From an uncultured Bacilli bacterium (GTDB taxonomy: Bacteria > Bacillota_I > Bacilli_A > RF39 > UBA660): a DNA stretch of 64,000 nt. This document shows positions 48,129-58,500 of the stretch, piece after piece. The notes beneath the pieces were generated by a model that did no database searches, had not been told where the DNA came from, and saw only the letters and a program-made list of their open reading frames with translations. Numbering within the stretch: position 1 is the first letter of the stretch; each line of letters begins with the position of its first letter. The translations under genes were made by a program, and so were the position numbers. The stretch covers positions 4,755 through 68,754 of the forward strand of contig CAJTXY010000001.1 in NCBI GenBank assembly GCA_910583685.1, read 5' to 3'.

Positions 48129-49604
48129 CTATTTATATTTAATATCCCTAACACTTGGTCCTTTTATGCATTCACCATCTATTGTAAATCTGGAACTGTG
48201 GCATGGACAATCCCAAGTTTTTTCCTCCTTGTTAAAAATTAGGCTGCATCCTAAGTGCGGACACTTATTATAAACAATATGCTTTTGGCCTTGTTCATCT
48301 ATATAAATGCCTAGGCTTGTTCCATCCTCCCTATCAAACGTAAGGGTTTGTGGGTACCATATTTTCTTTTTGGCTAGTTTGGCCCCCAAAAAGGATTTTG
48401 TTTGTCCAAATAAATAATAAGGCATTTTTAAATAGAATGACGAGTTTCTCCTTCGTGGATCCAATAAGTTTTTGAATTCGTTTTCTTGATACTTTATTAG
48501 ATCTGATAGTATTTTTCCTGCTAAAACCCCATTAGTCATTCCCCAAGTGTTATACCCTACTCCTATATACATATTGTGCTTTACTTTTCCAATATAGGGC
48601 AGATGGTCTGGAGTCATAATATCGATATTACTATATTTTTCTATTATATTCTTCTCTTCGAGTCCAAAAATATCTTTTACACGTTGAAAATGCCTTTCAT
48701 CATTTTGATTGAATGCTATATTATGACTTTCGGCAAGACAGATCTGATAGATTTTTCCTTTATCTTCATAAAATCTGGTAGAATAAGTAGGATTACTTGA
48801 ACTGATGCAACTATATCCACCATCTTTTTCTACTTCACTTACTATGATATAGGACTTTTCTATCCATGAATGAACTGGCAAAAAGAAAGAAGAAAAGAGT
48901 GGTGGGTAGTGACAAGCAAAAATTACTCTTTTCGCCTTTATCTTTGCATTTTTACTATAGCAGTTATAGTAGTCATCCTGCTGTTTTATCTCTATAATTG
49001 GACTGTTTTCATAAATTGGCACTTTACTACTTTTTAAAATATCATACAGTGCACTTAAATATTTTAAAGGATGAAAAGTATAGGTATCTTCGATGCAGTA
49101 GGAGTTATATGTTGTTATCTTTTCTGGCAACTTTTTAGGAACTACATCGACTCCTTGTTCTTTCAAAAATGATATTTCTCTATTTAATGGCTCTATTTCT
49201 TTTTCTGTATTTGCAAATACAAAAGATGGGGTCTTTTTGAAATCACAAATAATATTTTCGCATTTGATGATTTCTTTTAAATAGGAAATTGCTTCTTTTT
49301 GGGACTTTAAATACATTTGAGCACTTTCTTTATTTAGTGCATTTTCTATTTGGGTATAGATTCTTTGTTGAAAATAGGTTACTTTTGCAGTTGTGTTTAA
49401 AGTAACTCCATAGCCAAAATTAGAGGCATCTACTACTGCTATACTGGGATGATCTTTTAGGTAATAAGCTGTTGTTAAACCTGTAATTCCTGCTCCAACA
49501 ATTAAAACATCTACTGTTATGTCCTCTTTTAATTCTACTGCTTTTCTTGTTTTTACTGTTTTATTCCATATACTCATATTATTCACCATTATTAGTATTG
49601 GCAA
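48129..49604 (-). CDS. FAD-dependent oxidoreductase with a C-terminal Rieske [2Fe-2S] domain
   Basis: N-terminal VDVLIVGAGITGLTTAY (GxGxxG); C-terminal CPHLGC...CPCHSS Rieske boxes. Confidence 0.7.
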   Translation of the reverse strand: MPILIMVNNMSIWNKTVKTRKAVELKEDITVDVLIVGAGITGLTTAYYLKDHPSIAVVDASNFGYGVTLNTTAKVTYFQQRIYTQIENALNKESAQMYLKSQKEAISYLKEIIKCENIICDFKKTPSFVFANTEKEIEPLNREISFLKEQGVDVVPKKLPEKITTYNSYCIEDTYTFHPLKYLSALYDILKSSKVPIYENSPIIEIKQQDDYYNCYSKNAKIKAKRVIFACHYPPLFSSFFLPVHSWIEKSYIIVSEVEKDGGYSCISSSNPTYSTRFYEDKGKIYQICLAESHNIAFNQNDERHFQRVKDIFGLEEKNIIEKYSNIDIMTPDHLPYIGKVKHNMYIGVGYNTWGMTNGVLAGKILSDLIKYQENEFKNLLDPRRRNSSFYLKMPYYLFGQTKSFLGAKLAKKKIWYPQTLTFDREDGTSLGIYIDEQGQKHIVYNKCPHLGCSLIFNKEEKTWDCPCHSSRFTIDGECIKGPSVRDIKYK

Positions 49605-49641
49605 ACTTTCTATTTTTAGACTTAAAATTTATTTTGTAGGC

Positions 49642-50532
49642 TTATTTTTCTTCTTCATCTATTACTATTAATTCATAGTTTCTAGTTCCCACATTTTGCT
49701 TTTCGGCACTTTCAATTGTAAGTAGACCATTTCGCGATTCAATTCTTTCTATTAAGTGATCTTTTCCTTTATCTTCTGCGTTGTAGACTAAATCGATACA
49801 AGCCTGGTCTAGTGCAACAGGATCTGTGGATGCTAGAAGTCCAATATCCTTCATACAAGGGTCTTCTGCTACAGCACAACAATCACAATCCACTGACATA
49901 TTTACCATAGCATTAAGGTAGACTATTTTACCTTGATAAAAATCTGTAATTGTTTTGGCTGCATCTGCCATTGATTTTAAAAATAAGTTATGATCTACTT
50001 GAAACATATCTTCATAGCTTGCATTTTCCTTCCCACCTGTATGAATATATCTTTTTCCTGCAGATGAGGCTAGGCCTATCGAAATATTTTTAATTGCTCC
50101 TCCGAAGCCACCCATAGGATGTCCTTTAAAATGTGATAATACTATCATAGCATCATAGTCTTTCATTTTAGCACCAACAAAGTTTTTCTGGATTACTTCT
50201 CCGCTTTTATTTTCTAAAGTCATATCTTCCTCACTGTCTAAGATATCAACTTCAAAATATTTGCTCCATCCGTGTTTTTCTAGCAGTTCTTTGTGCTTTT
50301 CTGTTGTATTTCTTGCACCTTCATAAGCAGTATTACATTCTACTACAACACCTCCTATTGCGTCCATCATTGGCTTTACAAATTCTGGTTTCATATAGTT
50401 TTGATTTCCTTCCTCACCAGAATGCAACTTCACAGCAATGCGTCCAGATAGATTGGTATTTAATTTTCGATACAATTTTATTAATCCCTCACCACTAATT
50501 TCTTTGGTAAAATATACTTTTGCTTTTTCCAT
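49642..50532 (-). CDS. DUF362-family protein
   Basis: KVYFT..., LSHFKGHPMGGFGGAIKNISIGLASSAGK matches the DUF362 core. Confidence 0.55.
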   Translation of the reverse strand: MEKAKVYFTKEISGEGLIKLYRKLNTNLSGRIAVKLHSGEEGNQNYMKPEFVKPMMDAIGGVVVECNTAYEGARNTTEKHKELLEKHGWSKYFEVDILDSEEDMTLENKSGEVIQKNFVGAKMKDYDAMIVLSHFKGHPMGGFGGAIKNISIGLASSAGKRYIHTGGKENASYEDMFQVDHNLFLKSMADAAKTITDFYQGKIVYLNAMVNMSVDCDCCAVAEDPCMKDIGLLASTDPVALDQACIDLVYNAEDKGKDHLIERIESRNGLLTIESAEKQNVGTRNYELIVIDEEEK

Positions 50533-50630
50533 ATATTTATTTCCTCCTATTTCTATTTATTTTACCATACTTATGTCAATTTTAAAATCAAGTAATAAAA
50601 ACACCAAATACTTATTTTCTATTTGATGCT

Positions 50631-52496
50631 TTATCTATAAATTGTAAACGGATTTTCTTTTGTTCCATTGCCACCTGTAATTTTGACATCTGATTTTAAG
50701 TAAAAGGCTGGTTTTATTCCCATTGTTTCTACATAATTTGGTGATATCGGTAAATGGATTAAAGCTCTTTGTTCCACCATTCTTACAGCATCAGCACCAT
50801 TATAAGGGAACTTAGTTATTAGCCAGTAGTTGGAATTTAAATTTGTAAAGTCTCCTCGATAATACTCCTCCTGTTGAGTAGCAAGCGGTTCCCCAAACCT
50901 CAACAATCCAATACTGGCAGTAGTTTGTGGAGCATAGTTTATTTTTTGTCTTTCTTGATATTTTGCTAAAAGATAACTTGCCTCTGGTCCCACAGTGCCA
51001 AGGTACCAAGTGGAATTTGGAAGAATCATTTCTACTTGCTCTTCTGTTAAATAACCATTTGCTGGATTTAGAAAATCGTTATTTAGAAAACTACCAAGGG
51101 TAGAATTTTTCGAATACTCATTTGTAGTACCAAATGCCATAGTTTTATATTGTCCATTTTCTCTTAATGGTTCTTTACTTGTAAGTTTAGCTGTTCCATT
51201 TTCGATATATACAATTTGATATAAGTTATTTTCTCCAGTTCCGAACCTTACATATTCACCACTGTATCTTGTGTTTAAGAGAGTATTTTCTAAATTTTTA
51301 TCATTGTCTCCTTTTAAACGGTACGGATTTTCTTTGCTTCCATCTCCACTTACTACTTCGACACTAGACTTTATATTAATACTGGGACGAATTCCATAGC
51401 CAGTAGTTGGATGAGAGAAATTATAATTCCCTTCATAACTAACATAGCCAAAAAAACTATTGGTAGAATTTGGTGTAATTAGATTCCACTCAACTCCATT
51501 ATTTAGATAACTTTTAGTAGATGATGATAAGTTTTTGTGACTCATTGTGAACTCATATATATTTAAAAGACCTACTGCATTTTGTAACATTACTGTTTTA
51601 GGTGGTTTATCAGCCTGTTCCGTTGGTGTTGCATTCCACATACTCTTTGTCTCTATAAACTTATCAGGTTCTCTCAAAGTTCCCAAGAAGCCGTCAATCG
51701 TTGGATCGTTTAACCACTCTTCTACATAACTACCTCTAAAGTCTCCTTTTGCCTCTCCCTCACTATAGGAGATTGAAGTAACTGGCCATTGAGTTATTAC
51801 TTTTACCGAGTTATTGGCAGGATCTTTTGATACTGCTCTCCAAAGTTTTCCAGAATACCATATATAATTTTTCGGGTCCTCTCCTGTTATAAAAATTTGT
51901 TCTTCATCACTGGTATCGAAAGCTCCTTTATCTCCCAGGCTATTACTCTCCTCAAATATTTTTTGATATAAAGGAAGACTATAGCGTTCAATTACTTTTT
52001 TCCTTTCATCAAATGATAAACTTTTATTATAAATTCCAACATCACTTCCGAAAGTTATTTTTTGAGAAGCCACAGTGTTATTTTCTATTCTAATGGTATA
52101 TGTTTTTACATCATTTTGTTTAATCACATACCCTTGTTTTGTGGGAGGTACATCACGGCTATTATCATATTTTGCTTCTACTCCTTCTATAGGGTCATAC
52201 CATAAATTAAATTTGGCATCTACTGCATTGATATTTTTTAATTGTATGGTGATTATTTTTACTTCTTTACTATTAATTATAATGCTATTGTTAGTATCTA
52301 AATCCTCACTTTCTATTAAAGAATAAAGATTTGCTGTTACGATATTTAGACTTCCTCTACTTTCTGTAGATGTTGTAAAAAGGGCAAAGGAAAAGCCGCC
52401 TATTAATAAAAATAGACTAACCATTCCAATTAGTATAAGGTAACCATCTTCTATACCAAATTTCTTTTTTAACTGATATTTGATTTTCCCTAACAT
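50631..52496 (-). CDS. Large secreted protein with a SipW-cognate-like N-terminal motif and two C-terminal G.G(S/T)KENP(Y/F) repeats
   Basis: IGGFSFALFTTSTESRGSLNIVTANLYSL aligns with the CalY/TasA signal region IGGGTFAYFSDKEVSNNTFAAGTLDLTL. C-terminal VVSGDGSKENPYRLKG / KITGGNGTKENPFTIYR. Confidence 0.5.
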   Translation of the reverse strand: MLGKIKYQLKKKFGIEDGYLILIGMVSLFLLIGGFSFALFTTSTESRGSLNIVTANLYSLIESEDLDTNNSIIINSKEVKIITIQLKNINAVDAKFNLWYDPIEGVEAKYDNSRDVPPTKQGYVIKQNDVKTYTIRIENNTVASQKITFGSDVGIYNKSLSFDERKKVIERYSLPLYQKIFEESNSLGDKGAFDTSDEEQIFITGEDPKNYIWYSGKLWRAVSKDPANNSVKVITQWPVTSISYSEGEAKGDFRGSYVEEWLNDPTIDGFLGTLREPDKFIETKSMWNATPTEQADKPPKTVMLQNAVGLLNIYEFTMSHKNLSSSTKSYLNNGVEWNLITPNSTNSFFGYVSYEGNYNFSHPTTGYGIRPSINIKSSVEVVSGDGSKENPYRLKGDNDKNLENTLLNTRYSGEYVRFGTGENNLYQIVYIENGTAKLTSKEPLRENGQYKTMAFGTTNEYSKNSTLGSFLNNDFLNPANGYLTEEQVEMILPNSTWYLGTVGPEASYLLAKYQERQKINYAPQTTASIGLLRFGEPLATQQEEYYRGDFTNLNSNYWLITKFPYNGADAVRMVEQRALIHLPISPNYVETMGIKPAFYLKSDVKITGGNGTKENPFTIYR

Positions 52497-52578
52497 ACAG
52501 CACCTCTATTATCGTTTTAAGTTTATCACTTATTACCTTCTTTGTAAAGATTGCTATCTTTCTATTCCTTATTCTACC

Positions 52579-52600
52579 AAAAAAAAAAAAAAAAAAAAAA
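52579..52600. repeat. Homopolymeric A22 tract (T22 on the minus strand) in the promoter region of the 50631..52496 gene
   Basis: 22 consecutive A on the plus strand, about 85 nt upstream (minus sense) of the ATG. It is flanked (minus strand) by TTGC..., then the T-tract, then GG TAGAAT. Confidence 0.9.
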
Positions 52601-52685
52601 GCAAGAATTTGCGTTTAAAAACTCAGGTGAGATGCTCTACTTGGTCTCCCATGTAAAGCAATTTCATTATACCTCTTTTTTTCTT

Positions 52686-54329
52686 TTATTTCAAGTGATT
52701 TTCAAAAAATTCTACTCTTTTTTTTAAATTTTCTTTTCCTAAGATAGAAAGAAGTTGATAAAGGTCTGGTGTCTTCGTTCTTCCTGTTAGGCAAAAACGA
52801 ATCATCTCACAAATATTTCCTACATGACCTTTATAGTTTTCTGGATTTTCTTTGTATGCTTTTACTTCACTTGCATAGTGATTTCTACTAGCAAAATCTT
52901 TCACCCTTTGGTACCACTCTTCATAGGAATCATTTTCATTAAATTCTTCACTATATGCTTTCAATAGATCGATATCATAGTTTTGCCCTTCAGAACTTTT
53001 ATATGTTTCGTTACTATCTTTAAAAAAGTATTCATCTATCATATAGGTGCTTTCTTCTTTTAAATCTTTTAGAGTAGCAATATCTTTTCGTGGTCTTTTT
53101 GCATCTCTTTCAATGTTTAAAAATGCGATTAATCTTTCTTCATTTTCCTTCATTATATGAGCAAAATCTTTATCGTATTTTAGATTATACTCAAGTGAGT
53201 CATCATATATTTGTTTTGCAGATAATCTTGAAAAATAGGTGCGACAAATATTGTTTAATTTTTCCATATCGAAGAGGGTTCCACCTACTGGCATTTTTTT
53301 ATAACTAAATGTAAAATCTTCTAAAGTTTTATCCTTGTTTTGTAAATACCACTCTTCAAAGTTTGTATTTGTTAAGGTTGCTAAATATAATCTCACTGCT
53401 TCTGCTGGAATTCCTGCTTCTTGGTAGTAGCTTACGGAAAACTCTGGATCTTTTCTTTTACTTAGTTTTCGTACCTTTCCATCTTCTTTTTTTGTAAGTG
53501 GTGCATGGTGTGCATATTTTGGCGACTTCCAACCTAGTAGTTGAAATAATTGTAAGTGTTTTGGGTAACTAGGCACCCATTCATCACCACGAATTACGTG
53601 TGTTGTTTTCATTAGATGATCGTCTACTACGTGTGCAAAATGATAGGTTGGGATTCCATCTTTTTTTAGAATTACCTCATCTATTATATTTTCAGGGAGA
53701 AGAATATCTCCTTTGATTAAATCGTGAAGGACAATTTGCTTGTTTGCATCTCCTGGAGACTTAATCCGGATAACAAAATGGTCTTTTTTTTCTAAATGCT
53801 TTTTTACCTCTTCTATTGATAAATCTCTATCTACTGCATAATGGCCATAAATACCTGTAATTTCTTTTCGAAGCTCTTGTCCTTCCCTTATTTCTTGCAG
53901 TTCAGATTCTGTCATAAAACAAGGATAAGCTTTTCCCTCTTCTACTAAGGCCTTGGCAAATACTTGATAAATTTCTTTACGTTCACTTTGAACATATGGC
54001 CCATAGTTTCCTTCTTTTCCATATCCTTCATTATAGGGGATAGAAAAGTGTTTTAATGAATTTAGTATTAATTCATTTGCTCCTTCTACTTGACGCTTGC
54101 TATCAGTATCTTCTAATCGCAAATACATTATTCCACCAGTTTGATGTGCCATTACAGAGTCAAGAAAGGCTCCACACAAATTTCCGATGTGCATAAATCC
54201 AGTTGGAGATGGCCCGAATCTGGTTACCATTGCCCCTTCTTTTAGATTTCTTTCTGGAAACATTTTTTCTATATCTTCTCTTGTTTTTTTTATATCTGGA
54301 AATAATAATTCCGCTAATTCGTGATTCAT
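52686..54329 (-). CDS. gltX: Glutamate--tRNA ligase (probably non-discriminating)
   Basis: TRFGPSPTGFMHIGN (HIGH), LEDTDSKRQ, KLSKRK (KMSKS). 547 aa. Confidence 0.8.
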   Translation of the reverse strand: MNHELAELLFPDIKKTREDIEKMFPERNLKEGAMVTRFGPSPTGFMHIGNLCGAFLDSVMAHQTGGIMYLRLEDTDSKRQVEGANELILNSLKHFSIPYNEGYGKEGNYGPYVQSERKEIYQVFAKALVEEGKAYPCFMTESELQEIREGQELRKEITGIYGHYAVDRDLSIEEVKKHLEKKDHFVIRIKSPGDANKQIVLHDLIKGDILLPENIIDEVILKKDGIPTYHFAHVVDDHLMKTTHVIRGDEWVPSYPKHLQLFQLLGWKSPKYAHHAPLTKKEDGKVRKLSKRKDPEFSVSYYQEAGIPAEAVRLYLATLTNTNFEEWYLQNKDKTLEDFTFSYKKMPVGGTLFDMEKLNNICRTYFSRLSAKQIYDDSLEYNLKYDKDFAHIMKENEERLIAFLNIERDAKRPRKDIATLKDLKEESTYMIDEYFFKDSNETYKSSEGQNYDIDLLKAYSEEFNENDSYEEWYQRVKDFASRNHYASEVKAYKENPENYKGHVGNICEMIRFCLTGRTKTPDLYQLLSILGKENLKKRVEFFENHLK

Positions 54330-54357
54330 AATTTCACTCCTTATAATAAAAAATATA

Positions 54358-54432
54358 TGGCTGCCCCGGCTAGATTCGAACTAGCGCATAAAGCGGTCAG
54401 AGCGCTCTGCCTTACCACTTGGCTACGGGGCA
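54358..54432 (-). tRNA. tRNA-Gln (anticodon CUG)
   Basis: Cloverleaf read by hand: acceptor TGCCCCG/CGGGGCA, anticodon stem GAGCG/CGCTT with loop CTCTGAC, T-arm GCTAG-TTCGAAT-CTAGC, encoded CCA. Confidence 0.7.
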
Positions 54433-54499
54433 ATTCATACATTAGTATTTTATAATAAATTCTTTAAAATAGCAAGAAAAAAGCCTAATTTTTATTATT

Positions 54500-55111
54500 T
54501 TAGGCCTTTTTTCTTTTTACTGCTATTTTTATTACTTCATCATTACATTCTTTGCTTTTTAAATAATCTGTAATTCCTAGTTGTCTTAAATTATAGTACT
54601 GAATTGCTCCTCGTAAATTATTTTCATAATTTAAGTAATTCTCTATATTCTTTTGTTTTATGAGACTTTGTTCTAGTTCATATAGTGGAAGGTTGGTAAC
54701 AAATTGAATTGCCTCCTGATTTTCTTCAAACTCCTCATTAATTTTCATTAGAGAAGTTTTAAATACACTCATATTTCTTTCTGATAAACGAAAATCCATT
54801 TTTAACATATTTTTTAACGAGATCTGTCCATCATTGGCTTCTCTTTCTTCCACTACTTCCTCTATATATTCTTTTAATTTTTCATCTCCAATTATTGGCC
54901 AAATACCATTGCACTGTCTTCTTCGTTCTAGAGCATTTCTTAAAATTGCCATATGCATTTTACTAAAATTATAACTAATGACATATGAAGAAAGAGTACC
55001 TTCTATTTGTGCTAATTGCTCAGAAGAGATTTGTGATGGATCTTCTGTAATTTCTAATGCTTGTGCAATATATTTAACAAATGGATTAGTAAAATCAACT
55101 TTTGGCTTCAT
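54500..55111 (-). CDS. Hypothetical cytoplasmic protein (203 aa)
   Basis: ORF with reasonable codon usage. No recognised motif. Confidence 0.4.
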   Translation of the reverse strand: MKPKVDFTNPFVKYIAQALEITEDPSQISSEQLAQIEGTLSSYVISYNFSKMHMAILRNALERRRQCNGIWPIIGDEKLKEYIEEVVEEREANDGQISLKNMLKMDFRLSERNMSVFKTSLMKINEEFEENQEAIQFVTNLPLYELEQSLIKQKNIENYLNYENNLRGAIQYYNLRQLGITDYLKSKECNDEVIKIAVKRKKA

Positions 55112-55328
55112 ATAAATCCCCCTTTAAATTCTTGCATATTATACTATAAATTTGTAATTTTGTCAATATTTCTATGTATTTTCTTCTTTTCTCCTTATAT
55201 AATATGATTAAATATAAAATAAAGATACTGCAATTTGATTTACTGTTTATTATTAAGTTTTATGTAAATTCCTGTCTTATTCATTATAATATAAAAACGA
55301 CTTATCAATGAGTCGTTTGATATCAATA

Positions 55329-55405
55329 TGGTAGCGACGGAGGGAATCGAACCCCCGACCTTTCGGGTATGAACCGAACGCTCTAGCCAGCTGAGCTACA
55401 TCGCC
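55329..55405 (-). tRNA. tRNA-Met (anticodon CAU), elongator-like
   Basis: GGCGATGTAGCTCAGCTGGCTAGAGCGTTCGGTTCATACCCGAAAGGTCGGGGGTTCGATTCCCTCCGTCGCTACCA is nearly identical to the Bacillus elongator tRNA-Met. Confidence 0.8.
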
Positions 55406-55474
55406 ATTTCGTCTTAGCAAACTAATTATAACAAAAGAAGTTCTTTTTGACAATGTTTTTTGTAAAATTTCTTC

Positions 55475-56251
55475 TCATCTAATAAATATCAGGAAAAATT
55501 TTGCCATAATGACTTGTAAAAGTGGTGTGCGTATTTTAAACTTTGGATTTTCCCTTTCTATCTCCCTTACTACCTTTTTAACTATAGACGATAAAGATTT
55601 TTTCTCTATTAATGAGAACAGATTTCTTTGTAGACGTGTTATATTATCTTCATCTTTCATACCCCATAATCTTTTTCCTTTTTTGTCAATCATCACTTGG
55701 TTAAATCCGGTTTGATAGGCCCCTGGTTCAATTAGAGAAATGGTGATATTAGGGTTTAATACCTTTAATTCCCTTTGAATGGTAAATACAAGCATAGAGA
55801 TCGCTGCTTTTGAGGATGTATAGCATCCCAAATATGGAAATGGTAAAATGCTTGCTAGACTAGACGTTACAAATATCTTGCCTTTTTTATTTTTTTCTTG
55901 CATATGATGATAAATTTCTTGAAGCAGGCGGAAATTCCCAAAGATATTAACATCATAAACCCTTTTTAGCGAAACCATATCTATTTCTAAAAGACTTCCG
56001 CTTTCTCCTACTCCTGCGTGACTTAAGAAACAATCAAAATCTATTTTTGCTACTTTCAAAATATCTTTTTCCTCTGTTACATCAAGTTTTAGGCATATTG
56101 CTTTCAGTCCTTCTTTTTCCAATTTTTGTTTTAAGCTTTCACATTGACCCTTTGTATGTGTGCCTAAATAGAGACTATGTCCTCTTCTAATTAATTCTCT
56201 TGCCACATTGTAGGCAATTCCACTTGTTGCTCCTGTTATCAGTATTTTCAT
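55475..56251 (-). CDS. Short-chain dehydrogenase/reductase (SDR) family oxidoreductase
   Basis: MKILITGATSGIAYNVAREL (TGxxxGIG), and the catalytic YTSSK. Start set at the ATG after GGTGA, which also avoids overlapping the HK gene. Confidence 0.75.
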   Translation of the reverse strand: MKILITGATSGIAYNVARELIRRGHSLYLGTHTKGQCESLKQKLEKEGLKAICLKLDVTEEKDILKVAKIDFDCFLSHAGVGESGSLLEIDMVSLKRVYDVNIFGNFRLLQEIYHHMQEKNKKGKIFVTSSLASILPFPYLGCYTSSKAAISMLVFTIQRELKVLNPNITISLIEPGAYQTGFNQVMIDKKGKRLWGMKDEDNITRLQRNLFSLIEKKSLSSIVKKVVREIERENPKFKIRTPLLQVIMAKFFLIFIR

Positions 56252-56288
56252 ACTATCACCTTTTTTAGCATAACCAAAAAAAGGAATT

Positions 56289-57566
56289 TTATTTATGAAT
56301 TCCTTTTGTGATAACAAATGATACACCTTTTTTCTCATTTTTAATGATAATATCATAACCCATCATATTTAAAGTCTTTTTGACAATGGACAATCCTAGG
56401 CCAAATTCGCCTTTGATCCCTTTACGGAACGGAGTAAAAATTCCATTAAGTAAATCATCATCGATATTAGCACCATCATTATATAATATAATTTTATTAT
56501 ATTTAGCAGTTATTTTAATAGTCGTATTTGCATATCTCATAAAATTCCCAAGCAAATTGTCCAGTATTGTTTCCCAGTGTTCATCGGTTCCATAATACTT
56601 TGATCTTTTATCCATATCAAGAATAAATTTAATATCTTTTCTTTGAAACTTGAACTTAGAAACCTCGTCTTCTAAAATTTTTTTCATATCTACTAAAACA
56701 ATATTTAAATCTTTAGAATTCTTGAGATAATCTAGTTTATTTAAGTAAAGAAGTGAGTGTACTTTCTGTTCTAATTTATTTGTTTGCTCTCCAATGACCT
56801 TTAGAGCGGTATCTTTTTCTTCTACTCCGTCTTGGACAGCTTCCACATAAGATTTTATAACGGTGAGAGGTGTCTTAAAATCATGGGATATATTTTGATA
56901 CATTTGATTGCGGTACTCTTCCTGGTTCTTAAGAGATATCCGCATATCTTCAATAGCAAGTGCTAAAGACCGCATTTCATCATCCACTTCAAAATCTACT
57001 TTATGGTTATAGTCATCATTATCAATATTGTCAATTTTATTTTTGAGTTTTTCTATTTTTCTTACAATAAAGCCACTCCATATAATTAGTATTAAGGATA
57101 TTGAAAGAAAGGTTATTAGAACAATTGGTAGAATTGCTCCTAATATCTTTGCTTTTGTATGGTTAATATAAGTGTCATTACTAATTGCCACTTTTATAAC
57201 CGCATTTTTTCTAATTGTATAATAATAGTAAGTGTTATGTTGATATACAAATTTACCATAGTCATCTGTTAATTTTTTGACAAGAACTTTAGGATCTCTA
57301 ATATGTACAATATCATAAATATTTTCACTGGCAACAATAGAATCATTGACGATATATAAATATCCTACTTCTGTATTTAACAGATCTGTCTTTGTATTTG
57401 ACTCGATTAACTCTAATGGTTCTCTTAGATAATTATAAATATTTTCTTCTGCAACTGGCATAAGTACCTTAGGAATTATCACACCAAGAGCAATGAAGAT
57501 AATGGCAAAGGTGGCAACAATCAAGCATAAAAGTTGCCTCGATAGTTTAGATGTCATTGTCTTCAT
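56289..57566 (-). CDS. Sensor histidine kinase (2 TM, HisKA plus HATPase_c)
   Basis: H-box ISHDFKTPLTVIKSYVEAV; G-box GLGLSIVK. Confidence 0.8.
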   Translation of the reverse strand: MKTMTSKLSRQLLCLIVATFAIIFIALGVIIPKVLMPVAEENIYNYLREPLELIESNTKTDLLNTEVGYLYIVNDSIVASENIYDIVHIRDPKVLVKKLTDDYGKFVYQHNTYYYYTIRKNAVIKVAISNDTYINHTKAKILGAILPIVLITFLSISLILIIWSGFIVRKIEKLKNKIDNIDNDDYNHKVDFEVDDEMRSLALAIEDMRISLKNQEEYRNQMYQNISHDFKTPLTVIKSYVEAVQDGVEEKDTALKVIGEQTNKLEQKVHSLLYLNKLDYLKNSKDLNIVLVDMKKILEDEVSKFKFQRKDIKFILDMDKRSKYYGTDEHWETILDNLLGNFMRYANTTIKITAKYNKIILYNDGANIDDDLLNGIFTPFRKGIKGEFGLGLSIVKKTLNMMGYDIIIKNEKKGVSFVITKGIHK

Positions 57567-58216
57567 AGGCGATACCCATAACCATAGATTGCAGAAATAT
57601 TAAGTTTCGGCATTTTCTTGCGAAGTCTTCTAACCAAATCATCTACGACTCTATCTGAGCCAAAATAGTCATCTCCCCATACAGAGTTTAGAATTTCTTC
57701 CCTTGAAAAGCTCTTTCGTTCATTTTTGATAAAAAGTAATAGCAAATCGAATTCTAAAGTGGTAAGAATAATATCTTTTGTTTTGTCCTTTACTATTCGT
57801 TCTTCTACATCGATTGCATAATCTTTATAAGTAATAAGTGTATTTGAATTTTTATAAACTCGTTTAATAATATTATTCACTCTTAAAACGAGTTCTTTAC
57901 TAGAATAAGGTTTTGTAATGTAATCATCGCTTCCTAGTTCTAAACCTAAGATTTTATCCAAGTCTTGGTCTCTTGCTGATGTGAAAATTACAGGTATATG
58001 TGAGTCCTTTTCTCGGATTGCCTTGATTACATCATATCCACTGATATCATCTCCTAACATAATATCTAAGATCCATAAATGGCAAGGGCTTCCAATATAG
58101 GTAATCGCATCCCCTCCTTTTTCGAAAGTTATGACATTATAGCCTTCTTTCTCTAAATAAACCTTAATTAAATTGGATAAGTCCTTCTCATCTTCTACTA
58201 AACAAATTGTATACAT
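57563..58216 (-). CDS. OmpR-family response regulator
   Basis: REC (VEDEKDL...LDIMLGDD...) plus a winged-helix C-terminus (GYGYRL). 4-nt overlap with the kinase. Confidence 0.85.
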   Translation of the reverse strand: MYTICLVEDEKDLSNLIKVYLEKEGYNVITFEKGGDAITYIGSPCHLWILDIMLGDDISGYDVIKAIREKDSHIPVIFTSARDQDLDKILGLELGSDDYITKPYSSKELVLRVNNIIKRVYKNSNTLITYKDYAIDVEERIVKDKTKDIILTTLEFDLLLLFIKNERKSFSREEILNSVWGDDYFGSDRVVDDLVRRLRKKMPKLNISAIYGYGYRL

Positions 58217-58500
58217 CCTACTTCACCCACTAATAGTATATCACTATTTTCATATTTTTCTAACCCCTTATAGGCAGTCCCTCCTTTCCTATAATTTATA
58301 TAAAGGTTATTTTGGTCATTTTGTTATTTTAGAAAATATTATTATCTTATAGGCATCTCCTCCTTTTGATGTATTCATTGTAACAATCAATTATCAGAGA
58401 ATTATCAAATAATTATGGGAAATTATGGGAAATTTTATTTTATTTTCTTTTATTTATTATTATGTTAGAATAAGTAGCAATTTAGAGGAGGAGATATTGG

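Noticed and set aside
58380-58440. Tandem 11-mer (aattatgggaa x2) in the intergenic region between the response regulator and the kinase-like gene
   Set aside because: Only two copies in an AT-rich intergenic region. It could be a binding site, but it is too short to call a repeat element.
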